From Scenedesmus sp. PABB004 (lineage: Eukaryota), in contig CM026547.1 of NCBI GenBank assembly GCA_014905635.1, positions 1,984,001-2,048,000 on the forward strand: a stretch of DNA of 64,000 bases, in the 5' to 3' direction. The notes under the pieces were generated by a model. The model made no database searches, was not told the DNA's origin, and saw only the letters and a list, made by a program, of their open reading frames with translations. Position numbers and translations under genes: made by a program. Of the stretch, positions 1 to 11,233 are shown one piece after another. Each line of letters begins with the position of its first letter. Position 1 is the first letter of the stretch.

Positions 1-100
1 GCAGCCCGACCGGCATGCACGCCTCGGTGGCCTCGGCGGCGGGCCTCCGGGCGGCGCCGCTGCCGCGGCGGCGCTCGCGGCGACATGCCTGGCGCTGCTC

Positions 101-662
101 GTGGCGCCAGCAGACGGCGCGCGGGCGGAGGCCGCCGCCGCGTCGTGGGCCCCGTGCACGCCGGGCGCGGCGTGCGTGAGCAGCAGCAGCATCGGGTCCC
201 CCGCGCAGTACGTGCCGCCCTGGAGCTTCGCGCCCGACGCGCCCGACGTCGCGCTCAGGTGTCGTGCGCGGCGGTCGCTGCGCCCACGGCGCCGCGCCCC
301 ACGGTGCGCACGGCCTCACTCGTGCGTGAGCGCCGCCGCGCAGCCGGCTGCTGCGGCAGCTCGACGACGTGCGCGCACAGGTGGTGGCGGTGGAACGCGT
401 CGAGGGCAGCGCCTACGTGCTGGCGCGCGTGCCGGCGGGGCGGGGCGTGGACACCGTGCAGCTGCGGCTGCGCCGCGACGGCGTCGTGCTGGCCAAGGCG
501 GAGGCGAGCATGCGCACGCCGTACCCGCCCGCGTGCCTGCGCCGCGGCTGCGTGAGCGGGCCGCCGGTGCGGGGGCGGCTCGAAGCGCTACGCGATGCAC
601 TTGGCTGGAGCGTGCTGGAGACGGACGAGGACAAGGCCTGGGTCCAGATCCTGCTGCACTGA
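101..662 (+). CDS. 3' part of a spliced gene, possibly a DUF1499-like protein; true start not resolved
   Basis: Exon peptides ...CVSSSSIGSPAQYVPPWSF and VVAVERVEGSAYV...PPACLRRGCVSGPPVRGRLEALRDALGWSVLETDEDKAWVQILLH*. Probable GT-AG intron ~304-380; TGA at 660-662. Family call is from remembered motifs only. Confidence 0.45.
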
Positions 663-781
663 GCACGCCAGGTGGGTAGGCCGGCGCCAGGCGCGGCGGC
701 AGGAGCGGCGCGCGCGCTGGCGTTGCTGGCACGCAGCCGTCGCGCCCCGGCGCTGCGGCGGCAGCGGCGCGGCTCGAGCCC

Positions 782-938
782 GCGCGACGGCCTCGCGCGC
801 GGTCGGCAGCGGCTCGCGTCCGCGCAGGAGCACGCCGTCGATGTCAAACACGAACGCCGGTGGACGGCTGGAGGTTTGCAGGCCGCGCTGCCGGGCGTGG
901 GCCAGCAGCGCGCCGGCGGCGCCGTGGAGGTGCCGCAT
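782..938 (-). pseudogene. Truncated duplicate of exon 1 of the HAD hydrolase gene
   Basis: MRHLHGAAGALLAHARQRGLQTSSRPPAFVFDIDGVLLRGREPLPTAREAVAR, nearly identical to the peptide at 38511. No downstream exons follow. Confidence 0.85.
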
Positions 939-1164
939 CCGCGGCCTGCCGGCCCCGCTGCCTCACGCGCCGCCGGTTGGAGAGCGTGAGCGTGCTGGCG
1001 TGCCGGAGAGGGGTACAGCGGGGCGGGGGCGCGATCTTGCTGCAACAAGCGCGCCGGCGGCAGCAGCGGCGGGCGGGCGACCCGGCGGCCCGCGCACGCG
1101 GGCGCGGGCAGCAGTCTGGGGGGGCGCGCGAGGTCGGACGAAGAGATGCACCAGGCAAAACGCT

Positions 1165-1238
1165 TGCCCCATACCCGGCTCGAACGGATGACCTTGGCGT
1201 TATTAGCACCACGCTCTAACCAACTGAGCTAATAGGGC
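1165..1238 (-). tRNA. tRNA-Ile (anticodon AAT)
   Basis: Cloverleaf GCCCTAT-TA-GCTC AGTTGGTTA GAGC-G-TGGTG CTAATAA CGCCA-AGGTC-ATCCG TTCGAGC CGGGT-ATGGGGC-A; TTTT terminator just downstream. Confidence 0.97.
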
Positions 1239-1383
1239 GAGACATGCGCAATTCAGGTAATTCATTCATCATATCATACAAACCTCAGAAGGCACTCTTG
1301 ACTTGCATGACGTGTTCTCGCCCATTACCGAAAACCCTGGATGCACGGGAGTAAAATTGAAATCAACTTTAAAACGTTGCTTA

Positions 1384-2600
1384 CGGGGGCGGCGCATCGG
1401 CGAGAACATCCTGGCCGTCCAGCTCCTGCTGCACGCGCTGCCCGCGTCCAGCCGGGCGGCGGCGGCGCTGCTGGACTTCCAAAAGGCCTACGATACAGTG
1501 GATCGCGGCTTCCTCTTTGCCGTGATGCGCGAGATGGGGGTCCCGCCCGATTGCCTGCGCTGGGTCCGGCTGCTCTTGTCGGACACGCGCGCGGTCGCCG
1601 TGGTCAACGGGTTCACGTCGAAGCCCCGCGCGTTCTGCGCGGGCATCCGCCAGGGCTGCCCCCTCTCCCCCCTGTTGTACCTCTTTGCGGGCGAGGCGCT
1701 CCTCCGCTTCCTGCGTGCGCACGACTTTGGCATCACGCTGCCAGGGTCCTCTGCGCTGCTGCCGGGCCCCCGCCTGGTGGCCACGCAGTACGCGGATGAC
1801 ACCCAAGCCTATATTGAGGTGGGCCAGGTCCCCGCCTTCCTGGCGGCCATGGACGACTACGGCGCGGCGTCGGGCCAGCGCCTGAACCGCGCCAAAGCTC
1901 TTGCTCCTCGGCAGCGCCGTCCGGGCGGAGTATGGCGGGCTGCGGCGGCAGCGGCGGGAGCTCCGGCGCGAGCTCGCCGCCGCGGACCACGGCAGCGCGC
2001 GGGCGGCCGTGCGCCGCCGCCTCGACGCGGTCCGCGCGCGCATGGCGCTCCTGCAGCAGCCGCCGCCGCGGCGGCGGATCAGCCGCCGCCGGCGCCGGGT
2101 ACGCCGCCGCAGAGTCAGGAGCTGGCGCGCCCGCCGGCGTGGCGCCGCACGCGGCGGCAGCGGCGGCGCCGGGAGCGCTGGCGGCTGCAGCAACAGCTTG
2201 AGGGCAGCGCCGCCGCGGCGGCCGCCGCGGCCGCCGCGGCGGCCGCTGGGGGCGGCCTCTCGCCGCCGGAGCCCCGTGCTGGCGAAGGCGGCAGCGGCAG
2301 CGACAGCGACAGCGGCGGCAGCGCCTGCAGCGGCGGCACCACCAGCAGCAGCTGGAGCCACGGCAGCGGTCGCGGCGCGGTGCGGCGGTGGCAGCAGCAG
2401 CAGCAACAGCAGCAGCAACAACAGCGGCAAGCGCCGCAGGAACAGGATCTCGGGCCGCTGCCGGCGGCCGAGCCAGCGCCGCCGCGGCCCGCGCCGCGGC
2501 GGCGCCCGACGCCGCGGCCGCGGGAGCCGCAGCCGCTGCCGATGCTTGCCATGGTGAGCTCGGCGCGGGTGCTCGGCGTCATCGTCGGCCGCTCGGAGCG
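1384..2600 (+). mobile_element. L1-clade non-LTR retrotransposon RT fragment, truncated at both ends and frameshifted
   Basis: GRRIGENI, LLDFQKAYDTVDR, GIRQGCPLSPLLY, QYADDT, SGQRLNRAK; thumb-like RVLGV near 2566 after a low-complexity stretch. Confidence 0.9.
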
Positions 2601-5600
2601 CGCCGCCCGGCGGCCGCTCGGGCGCGCCCGGCGGAGCGGCGGCGCGCGGCGCGGGCCCGCGCGAGGGCGGCGCGGCGGCCCCGCACCGCGGCGCGCGCCG
2701 CCGGCGGTGCCCGGCGGGGCTGCGCGCGGCACGGTGCTGCGCGGCAGCGGCGGCCTTCCTCTGCACGTGGGGGACCGCGCGGACGCGTGCCGGGCGCGCC
2801 CGGCGGAGCGGCGGCGCGCGGCGCGGGCCCGCGCGAGGGCGGCGCGGCGGCCCCGCACCGCGGCGCGCGCGCCGGCGGTGCCCGGCGGGGCTGCGCGCGG
2901 CACGGTGCTGCGCGGCAGCGGGGGCCTTCCTCTGCACGTGGGGACCGCGCGGACGCGTGCCGGGCGCGCCCGGCGGAGCGACGGCGCGCGCGCGGGCCCG
3001 CGCGAGGGCGGCGCGGCGGCCCCGCACCGCGGCGCGCGCCGCCGGCGGTGCCCGGCGGGGCTGCGCGCGGCACGGTGCTGCGCGGCAGCGGGGCCTTCCT
3101 CTGCACGTGGGGGACCGCGCGGACGCGTGCCGGGCGCGCCCGGCGGAGCGGCGGCGCGCGGCGCGGGCCCGCGCGAGGGCGGTGCGGCGGCCCCGCACCG
3201 CGGCGCGCGCCGCCGGCGGTGCCCGGCGGGGCTGCGCGCGGCACGGTGCTGCGCGGCAGCGGGGGCCTTCCTCTGCACGTGGGGGACCGCGCGGACGCGT
3301 GCCGGGCGCCCGGCGGAGCGGCGGCGCGCGGCGCGGGCCCGCGCGAGGGCGGCGCGGCGGCCCCGCACCGCGGCGCGCGCCGCCGGCGGTGCCCGGCGGG
3401 GCTGCGCGCGGCACGGTGCTGCGCGGCAGCGGGGGCCTTCCTCTGCACGTGGGGGACCGCGCGGACGCGTGCCGGGCGCGCCCGGCGGAGCGGCGGCGCG
3501 CGGCGCGGGCCCGCGCGAGGGCGGCGCGGCGGCCCCGCACCGCGGCGCGCGCCGCCGGCGGTGCCCGGCGGGGCTGCGCGCGGCACGGTGCTGCGCGGCA
3601 GCGGGGGCCTTCCTCTGCACGTGGGGGACCGCGCGGACGCGTGCCGGGCGCGCCCGGCGGAGCGGCGGCGCGCGGCGCGGGCCCGCGCGAGGGCGGTGCG
3701 GCGGCCCCGCACCGCGGCGCGCGCCGCCGGCGGTGCCCGGCGGGGCTGCGCGCGGCACGGTGCTGCGCGGCAGCGGCGGCCTTCCTCTGCACGTGGGGGA
3801 CCGCGCGGACGCGTGCCGGGCGCGCCCGGCGGAGCGGCGGCGCGCGGCGCGGGCCCGCGCGAGGGCGGCGCGGCGGCCCCGCACCGCGGCGCGCGCCGCC
3901 GGCGGTGCCCGGCGGGGCTGCGCGCGGCACGGTGCTGCGCGGCAGCGGGGGCCTTCCTCTGCACGTGGGGGCGCGGACGCGGACGCGTGCCGGGCGCGCC
4001 CGGCGGAGCGGCGGCGCGCGGCGCGGGCCCGCGCGAGGGCGGCGCGGCGGCCCCGCACCGCGGCGCGCGCCGCCGGCGGTGCCCGGCGGGGCTGCGCGCG
4101 GCACGGTGCTGCGCGGCAGCGGGGGCCTTCCTCTGCACGTGGGGGACCGCGCGGACGCGTGCCGGGCGCGCCCGGCGGAGCGGCGGCGCGCGGCGCGGGC
4201 CCGCGCGAGGGCGGTGCGGCGGCCCCGCACCGCGGCGCGCGCCGCCGGCGGTGCCCGGCGGGGCTGCGCGCGGCACGGTGCTGCGCGGCAGCGGGGGCCT
4301 TCCTCTGCACGTGGGGGACCGCGCGGACGCGTGCCGGCGCGCCCGGCGGAGCGGCGGCGCGCGGCGCGGGCCCGCGCGAGGGCGGCGCGGCGGCCCCGCA
4401 CCGCGGCGCGCGCCGCCGGCGGTGCCCGGCGGGGCTGCGCGCGGCACGGTGCTGCGCGGCAGCGGGGGCCTTCCTCTGCACGTGGGGGACCGCGCGGACG
4501 CGTGCCGGGCGCGCCCGGCGGAGCGGCGGCGCGCGGCGCGGGCCCGCGCGAGGGCGGCGCGGCGGCCCCGCACCGCGGCGCGCGCCGCCGGCGGTGCCGG
4601 CGGGGCTGCGCGCGGCACGGTGCTGCGCGGCAGCGGGGGCCTTCCTCTGCACGTGGGGGACCGCGCGGACGCGTGCCGGGCGCGCCCGGCGGAGCGCGGC
4701 GCGCGGCGCGGCGCGCCCGCGCGAGGCGGCGCGGCGGCCCCGCACCGCGGCGCGCGCCGCCGGCGGTGCCCGGCGGGGCTGCGCGCGGCACGGTGCTGCG
4801 CGGCAGCGGGGGCCTTCCTCTGCACGTGGGGGACCGCGCGGACGCGTGCCGGGCGCGCCCGGCGGAGCGGCGGCGCGCGGCGCGGGCCCGCGCGAGGGCG
4901 GCGCGGCGCCCCGCACCGCGGCGCGCGCCGCCGGCGGTGCCCGGCGGCGGGGCTGCGCGCGGCACGGTGCTGCGCGGCAGCGGGGGCCTTCCTCTGCACG
5001 TGGGGGACCGCGCGGACGCGTGCCGGGCGCGCCCGGCGGAGCGGCGGCGCGCGGCGCGGGCCCGCGCGAGGGCGGCGCGGCGGCCCCGCACCGCGGCGCG
5101 CGCCGCCGGCGGTGCCCGGCGGGGCTGCGCGCGGCACGGTGCTGCGCGGCAGCGGCGGCCTTCCTCTGCACGTGGGGGACCGCGCGGACGCGTGCCGGGC
5201 GCGCCCGGCGGAGCGACGGCGCGCGGCGCGGCCGCGCGCGAGGGCGGCGCGGCGGCCCCGCACCGCGGCGCGCGCCGCCGCGGTGCCCGGCGGGGCTGCG
5301 CGCGGCACGGTGCTGCGCGGCAGCGGGGGCCTTCCTCTGCACGTGGGGGACCGCGCGGACGCGTGCCGGGCGCGCCCGGCGGAGCGGCGGCGCGCGGCGC
5401 GGGCCCGCGCGCGAGGGCGGCGCGGCGGCCCCGCACCGCGCGCGCGCCGCCGCCGGCGGTGCCCGGCGGGGCTGCGCGCGGCACGGTGCTGCGCGGCAGC
5501 GGGGGCCTTCCTCTGCACGTGGGGGACCGCGCGGACGCGTGCCGGGCGCGCCCGGCGGAGCGGCGGCGCGCGGCGCGGGCCCGCGCGAGGGCGGCGCGGC

Positions 5601-6265
5601 GGCCCCGCACCGCGGCGCGCGCCGCCGGCGGTGCCCGGCGGGGCTGCGCGCGGCACGGTGCTGCGCGGCAGCGGGGGCCTTCCTCTGCACGTGGGGGACC
5701 GCGCGGACGCGTGCCGGGCGCGCCCGGCGGAGCGGCGGCGCGCGGCGCGGGCCCGCGCGAGGGCGGCGGCGGCGCCCCGCACCGCGGCGCGCGCCGCCGG
5801 CGGTGCCCGGCGGGGCTGCGCGCGGCACGGTGCTGCGCGGCAGCGGGGGCCTTCCTCTGCACGTGGGGGACCGCGCGGACGCGTGCCGGGCGCGCCCGGC
5901 GGAGCGACGGCGCGCGCGCGGCGCGGGCCGCGCGAGGGCGGCGCGGCGGCCCCGCACCGCGGCGCGCGCCGCCGGCGGTGCCCGGCGGGGCTGCGCGCGG
6001 CACGGTGCTGCGCGGCAGCGGCGGCCTTCCTCTGCACGTGGGGGACCGCGCGGACGCGTGCCGGGCGCGCCCGGCGGAGCGGCGGCGCGCGGCGCGGGCC
6101 CGCGCGAGGGCGGCGCGGCGGCCCCGCACCGCGGCGCGCGCCGCCGGCGGTGCCCGGCGGGGCTGCGCGCGGCACGGTGCTGCGCGGCAGCGGCGGCCTT
6201 CCTCTGCACGTGGGGGACCGCGCGGACGCGTGCCGGGCGCGCCCGGCGGAGCGACGGCGCGCGGC

Positions 6266-6483
6266 ATTGCGGGGCATCACCTGGTCTCCTTGGGCGCCCG
6301 TTGGGCGTTGGCCTCTGGCTGTGCCGTTGGGTGATGTGTGGGCCCCCTCTCGGGGGGCGCCGCGGGGCGCGGTTTTTCACGAGGGGTTGCTGCGCTCTTC
6401 CCGTTGGAGTTTTTTTCAGTGGCTGCCCCTGGGCCTCGGTCCTTGTCTGCGTCACCCATTGTAACAAAAAAAAAAAAAAAAAA
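6266..6483 (+). mobile_element. 5'-truncated LINE family A copy (3'UTR plus poly(A))
   Basis: Ends CCCATTGTAAC(A)n; 13-bp TSD GACGGCGCGCGGC at 6253-6265 and 6484-6496. Confidence 0.95.
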
Positions 6484-9010
6484 GACGGCGCGCGGCGCGG
6501 GCCCGCGCGAGGGCGGCGCGGCGGCCCTGCACCGCGGCGCGCGCCGCCGGCGGTGCCCGGCGGGGCTGCGCGCGGCACGGTGCTGCGCGGCAGCGGGGGC
6601 CTTCCTCTGCACGTGGGGGACCGCGCGGACGCGTGCCGGGCGCGCCCGGCGGAGCGGCGGCGCGCGGCGCGGGCCCGCGCGAGGGCGGCGCGGCGGCCCC
6701 GCACCGCGGCGCGCGCCGCCGGCGGTGCCCGGCGGGGCTGCGCGCGGCACGGTGCTGCGCGGCAGCGGGGGCCTTCCTCTGCACGTGGGGGACCGCGCGG
6801 ACGCGTGCCGGGCGCGCCCGGCGGAGCGGCGGCGCGCGGCGCGGGCCCGCGCGAGGGCGGCGCGGCGGCCCCGCACCGCGGCGCGCGCCGCCGGCGGTGC
6901 CCGGCGGGGCTGCGCGCGGCACGGTGCTGCGCGGCAGCGGGGGCCTTCCTCTGCACGTGGGGGACCGCGCGGACGCGTGCCGGGCGCGCCCGGCGGAGCG
7001 GCGGCGCGCGGCGCGGGCCCGCGCGAGGGCGGCGCGGCGGCCCCGCACCGCGGCGCGCGCCGCCGGCGGTGCCCGGCGGGGCTGCGCGCGGCACGGTGCT
7101 GCGCGGCAGCGGGGGCCTTCCTCTGCACGTGGGGGACCGCGCGGACGCGTGCCGGGCGCGCCCGCGGAGCGGCGGCGCGCGGCGCGGGCCCGCGCGAGGG
7201 CGGCGCGGCGGCCCCGCACCGCGGCGCGCGCCGCCGGCGGTGCCCGGCGGGGCTGCGCGCGGCACGGTGCTGCGCGGCAGCGGGGGCCTTCCTCTGCACG
7301 TGGGGGACCGCGCGGACGCGTGCCGGGCGCGCCCGGCGGAGCGGCGGCGCGCGGCGCGGCCCGCGCGAGGGCGGCGCGGCGGCCCCGCACCGCGGCGCGC
7401 GCCGCCGGCGGTGCCCGGCGGGGCTGCGCGCGGCACGGTGCTGCGCGGCAGCGGGGGCCTTCCTCTGCACGTGGGGGACCGCGCGGACGCGTGCCGGGCG
7501 CGCCCGGCGGAGCGGCGGCGCGCGGCGCGGGCCCGCGCGAGGGCGGCGCGGCGGCCCCGCACCGCGGCGCGCGCCGCCGGCGGTGCCCGGCGGGGCTGCG
7601 CGCGGCACGGTGCTGCGCGGCAGCGGCGGGCCTTCCTCTGCACGTGGGGGACCGCGCGGACGCGTGCCGGGCGCGCCCGGCGGAGCGGCGGCGCGCGGCG
7701 CGGGCCCGCGCGAGGGCGGCGCGGCGGCCCCGCACCGCGGCGCGCGCCGCCGGCGGTGCCCGGCGGGGCTGCGCGCGGCACGGTGCTGCGCGGTGCGGGG
7801 GCCTTCCTCTGCACGTGGGGGACCGCGCGGACGCGTGCCGGGCGCGCCCGGCGGAGCGGCGGCGCGCGGCGCGGGCCCGCGCGAGGGCGGCGCGGCGGCC
7901 CCGCACCGCGGCGCGCGCCGCCGGCGGTGCCCGGCGGGGCTGCGCGCGGCACGGTGCTGCGCGGCAGCGGGGGCCTTCCTCTGCACGTGGGGGACCGCGC
8001 GGACGCGTGCCGGGCGCGCCCGGCGGAGCGGCGGCGCGCGGCGCGGGCCCGCGCGAGGGCGGCGCGGCGGCCCCGCACCGCGGCGCGCGCCGCCGGCGGT
8101 GCCCGGCGGGGCTGCGCGCGGCACGGTGCTGCGCGGCAGCGGCGGCCTTCCTCTGCACGTGGGGGACCGCGCGGACGCGTGCCGGGCGCGCCGGCGGAGC
8201 GGCGGCGCGCGGCGCGGGCCCGCGCGAGGGCGGCGCGGCGGCCCCGCACCGCGGCGCGCGCCGCCGGCGGTGCCCGCGGGGCTGCGCGCGGCACGGTGCT
8301 GCGCGGCAGCGGCGGCCTTCCTCTGCACGTGGGGGACCGCGCGGACGCGTGCCGGGCGCGCCCGGCGGAGCGGCGGCGCGCGGCGCGGGCCCGCGCGAGG
8401 GCGGCGCGGCGGCCCCGCACCGCGGCGCGCGCCGCCGGCGGTGCCCGGCGGGGCTGCGCGCGGCACGGTGCTGCGCGGCAGCGGCGGCCTTCCTCTGCAC
8501 GTGGGGGACCGCGCGGACGCGTGCCGGGCGCGCCCGGCGGAGCGGCGGCGCGCGGCGCGGGCCCGCGCGAGGGCGGCGCGGCGGCCCCGCACCGCGGCGC
8601 GCGCCGCCGGCGGTGCCCGGCGGGGCTGCGCGCGGCACGGTGCTGCGCGGCAGCGGCGGCCTTCCTCTGCACGTGGGGGACCGCGCGGACGCGTGCCGGG
8701 CGCGCCCGGCGGAGCGGCGGCGCGCGGCGCGGGCCCGCGCGAGGGCGGCGCGGCGGCCCCGCACCGCGGCGCGCGCCGCCGGCGGTGCCCGGCGGGGCTG
8801 CGCGCGGCACGGTGCTGCGCGGCAGCGGCGGCCTTCCTCTGCACGTGGGGGACCGCGCGGACGCGTGCCGGGCGCGCCCGGCGGAGCGGCGGCGCGCGGC
8901 GCGGGCCCGCGCGAGGGCGGCGCGGCGGCCCCGCACCCGCGGCGCGCGCCGCCGGCGGTGCCCGGCGGGGCTGCGCGCGGCACGGTGCTGCGCGGCAGCG
9001 GGGGCCTTCC

Positions 9011-9094
9011 CGTTGGAGTTTTTTTCAGTGGGCTGCCCCTGGGCCTCGGTCCTTGTTTGGTCACCCATTGTAACAAAAAAAAAAAAAAAAAAAA
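9011..9094 (+). mobile_element. 5'-truncated LINE family A copy
   Basis: Same 3' end plus poly(A); TSD GCGGGGGCCTTCC at 8998-9010 and 9095-9107; CTTCC microhomology at the 5' junction. Confidence 0.95.
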
Positions 9095-11153
9095 GCGGGG
9101 GCCTTCCTCTGCACGTGGGGGACCGCGCGGACGCGTGCCGGGCGCGCCCGGCGGAGCGACGGCGCGCGGCGCGGGCCCGCGCGAGGGCGGCGCGGCGGCC
9201 CCGCACCGCGGCGCGCGCCGCCGGCGGTGCCCGGCGGGGCTGCGCGCGGCACGGTGCTGCGCGGCAGCGGGGGCCTTCCTCTGCACGTGGGGGACCGCGC
9301 GGACGCGTGCCGGGCGCGCCCGGCGGAGCGGCGGCGCGCGGCGCGGGCCCGCGCGAGGGCGGCGCGGCGGCCCCGCACCGCGGCGCGCGCCGCCGGCGGT
9401 GCCCGGCGGGGCTGCGCGCGGCACGGTGCTGCGCGGCAGCGGGGGCCTTCCTCTGCACGTGGGGGACCGCGCGGACGCGTGCCGGGCGCGCCCGGCGGAG
9501 CGGCGGCGCGCGCGCGGGCCCGCGCGAGGGCGGCGCGGCGGCCCCGCACCGCGGCGCGCGCCGCGGCGGTGCCCGGCGGGGCTGCGCGCGGCACGGTGCT
9601 GCGCGGCAGCGGGGGCCTTCCTCTGCACGTGGGGGACCGCGCGGACGCGTGCCGGGCGCGCCCGGCGGAGCGGCGGCGCGCGGCGCGGGCCGCGCGAGAG
9701 GGCGGCGCGGCGGCCCCGCACCGCGGCGCGCGCCGCCGGCGGTGCCCGGCGGGGCTGCGCGCGGCACGGTGCTGCGCGGCAGCGGCGGCCTTCCTCTGCA
9801 CGTGGGGGACCGCGCGGACGCGTGCCGGGCGCGCCCGGCGGAGCGGCGGCGCGCGGCGCGGGCCGCACGAGGGCGGCGCGGCGGCCCCGCACCGCGGCGC
9901 GCGCCGCCGGCGGTGCCCGGCGGGGCTGCGCGCGGCACGGTGCTGCGCGGCAGCGGGGGCCTTCCTCTGCACGTGGGGGACCGCGCGGACGCGTGCCGGG
10001 CGCGCCCGGCGGAGCGACGGCGCGCGGCGCGGGCCCGCGCGAGGGCTGCGCGGCGGCCCCGCACCGCGGCGCGCGCCGCCGGCGGTGCCCGGCGGGGCTG
10101 CGCGCGGCACGGTGCTGCGCGGCAGCGGGGGCCTTCCTCTGCACGTGGGGGACCGCGCGGACGCGTGCCGGGCGCGCCCGGCGGAGCGGCGGCGCGCGGC
10201 GCGGGCCCGCGCGAGGGCGGCGCGGCGGCCCCGCACCGCGGCGCGCGCCGCCGCGGTGCCCGGCGGGGCTGCGCGCGGCACGGTGCTGCGCGGCAGCGGC
10301 GGCCTTCCTCTGCACGTGGGGGACCGCGCGGACGCGTGCCGGGCGCGCCCGGCGGAGCGGCGGCGCGCGGCGCGGGCCGCGCGCGAGGGCGGCGCGCGGC
10401 CCCGCACCGCGCGCGCGCCGCCGGCGGTGCCCGGCGGGGCTGCGCGCGGCACGGTGCTGCGCGCAGCGGCGCGGCCTTCCTCTGCACGTGGGGGACCGCG
10501 CGGACGCGTGCCGGGCGCGCCCGGCGGAGCGACGCGGCGCGCGGCGCGCCCGCGCGCGAGGGCGGCGCGGCGGCCCCGCACCGCGGCGCGCGCCGCCGGC
10601 GGTGCCCGGCGGGGCTGCGCGCGGCACGGTGCTGCGCGGCAGCGGGGGCCTTCCTCTGCACGTGGGGGACCGCGCGGACGCGTGCCGGGCGCGCCCGGCG
10701 GAGCGGCGGCGCGCGGCGCGGGCCCGCGCGAGGGCGGCGCGGCGGCCCCGCACCGCGGCGCGCGCCGCCGCGGTGCCCGGCGGGGCTGCGCGCGGCACGG
10801 TGCTGCGCGGCAGCGGCGGCCTTCCTCTGCACGTGGGGGACCGCGCGGACGCGTGCCGGGCGCGCCCGGCGGAGCGACGGCGCGCGGCGCGGGCCCGCGC
10901 GAGGGCGGCGCGGCGGCCCCGCACCGCGGCGCGCGCCGCCGGCGGTGCCCGGCGGGGCTGCGCGCGGCACGGTGCTGCGCGGCAGCGGGGGCCTTCCTCT
11001 GCACGTGGGGGACCGCGCGGACGCGTGCCGGGCGCGCCCGGCGGAGCGGCGGCGCGCGGCGCGCGGCCCGCGCGAGCGGCGGGGCGCGGCGCGCCGGCCC
11101 CGCACCGCGGCGCGCGCCGCCGGCGGTGCCCGGCGGGGCTGCGCGCGGCACGG

Positions 11154-11226
11154 TTTTTTTTTTGGTTTTTTTTTTGTTACAATGGGTGACCAGACAAGGA
11201 CCGAGGCCCAGGGGCAGCCCACTGAA
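11154..11226 (-). mobile_element. 5'-truncated LINE family A copy, reverse orientation
   Basis: Poly(T)-GTTACAATGGGTGACC...CCACTGAA; TSD CGCGCGGCACGG at 11142-11153 and 13114-13125. Confidence 0.92.
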
Positions 11227-11233
11227 CGCGCGG

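Larger units (their letters stand above)
684..1375 (-). repeat. Left arm of a ~700-bp inverted duplication (partner 38063-38767)
   Basis: Reverse complement aligns by eye with scattered substitutions and indels, from TTTAAAAC through the tRNA gene and HAD exon 1 into HAD intron 1. Confidence 0.95.

Noticed and set aside
6266..9094. Short poly(A) elements as an independent SINE family
   Set aside because: They have variable 5' ends, no Pol III boxes, and are exact 3' ends of the long LINE at 28635-33547.
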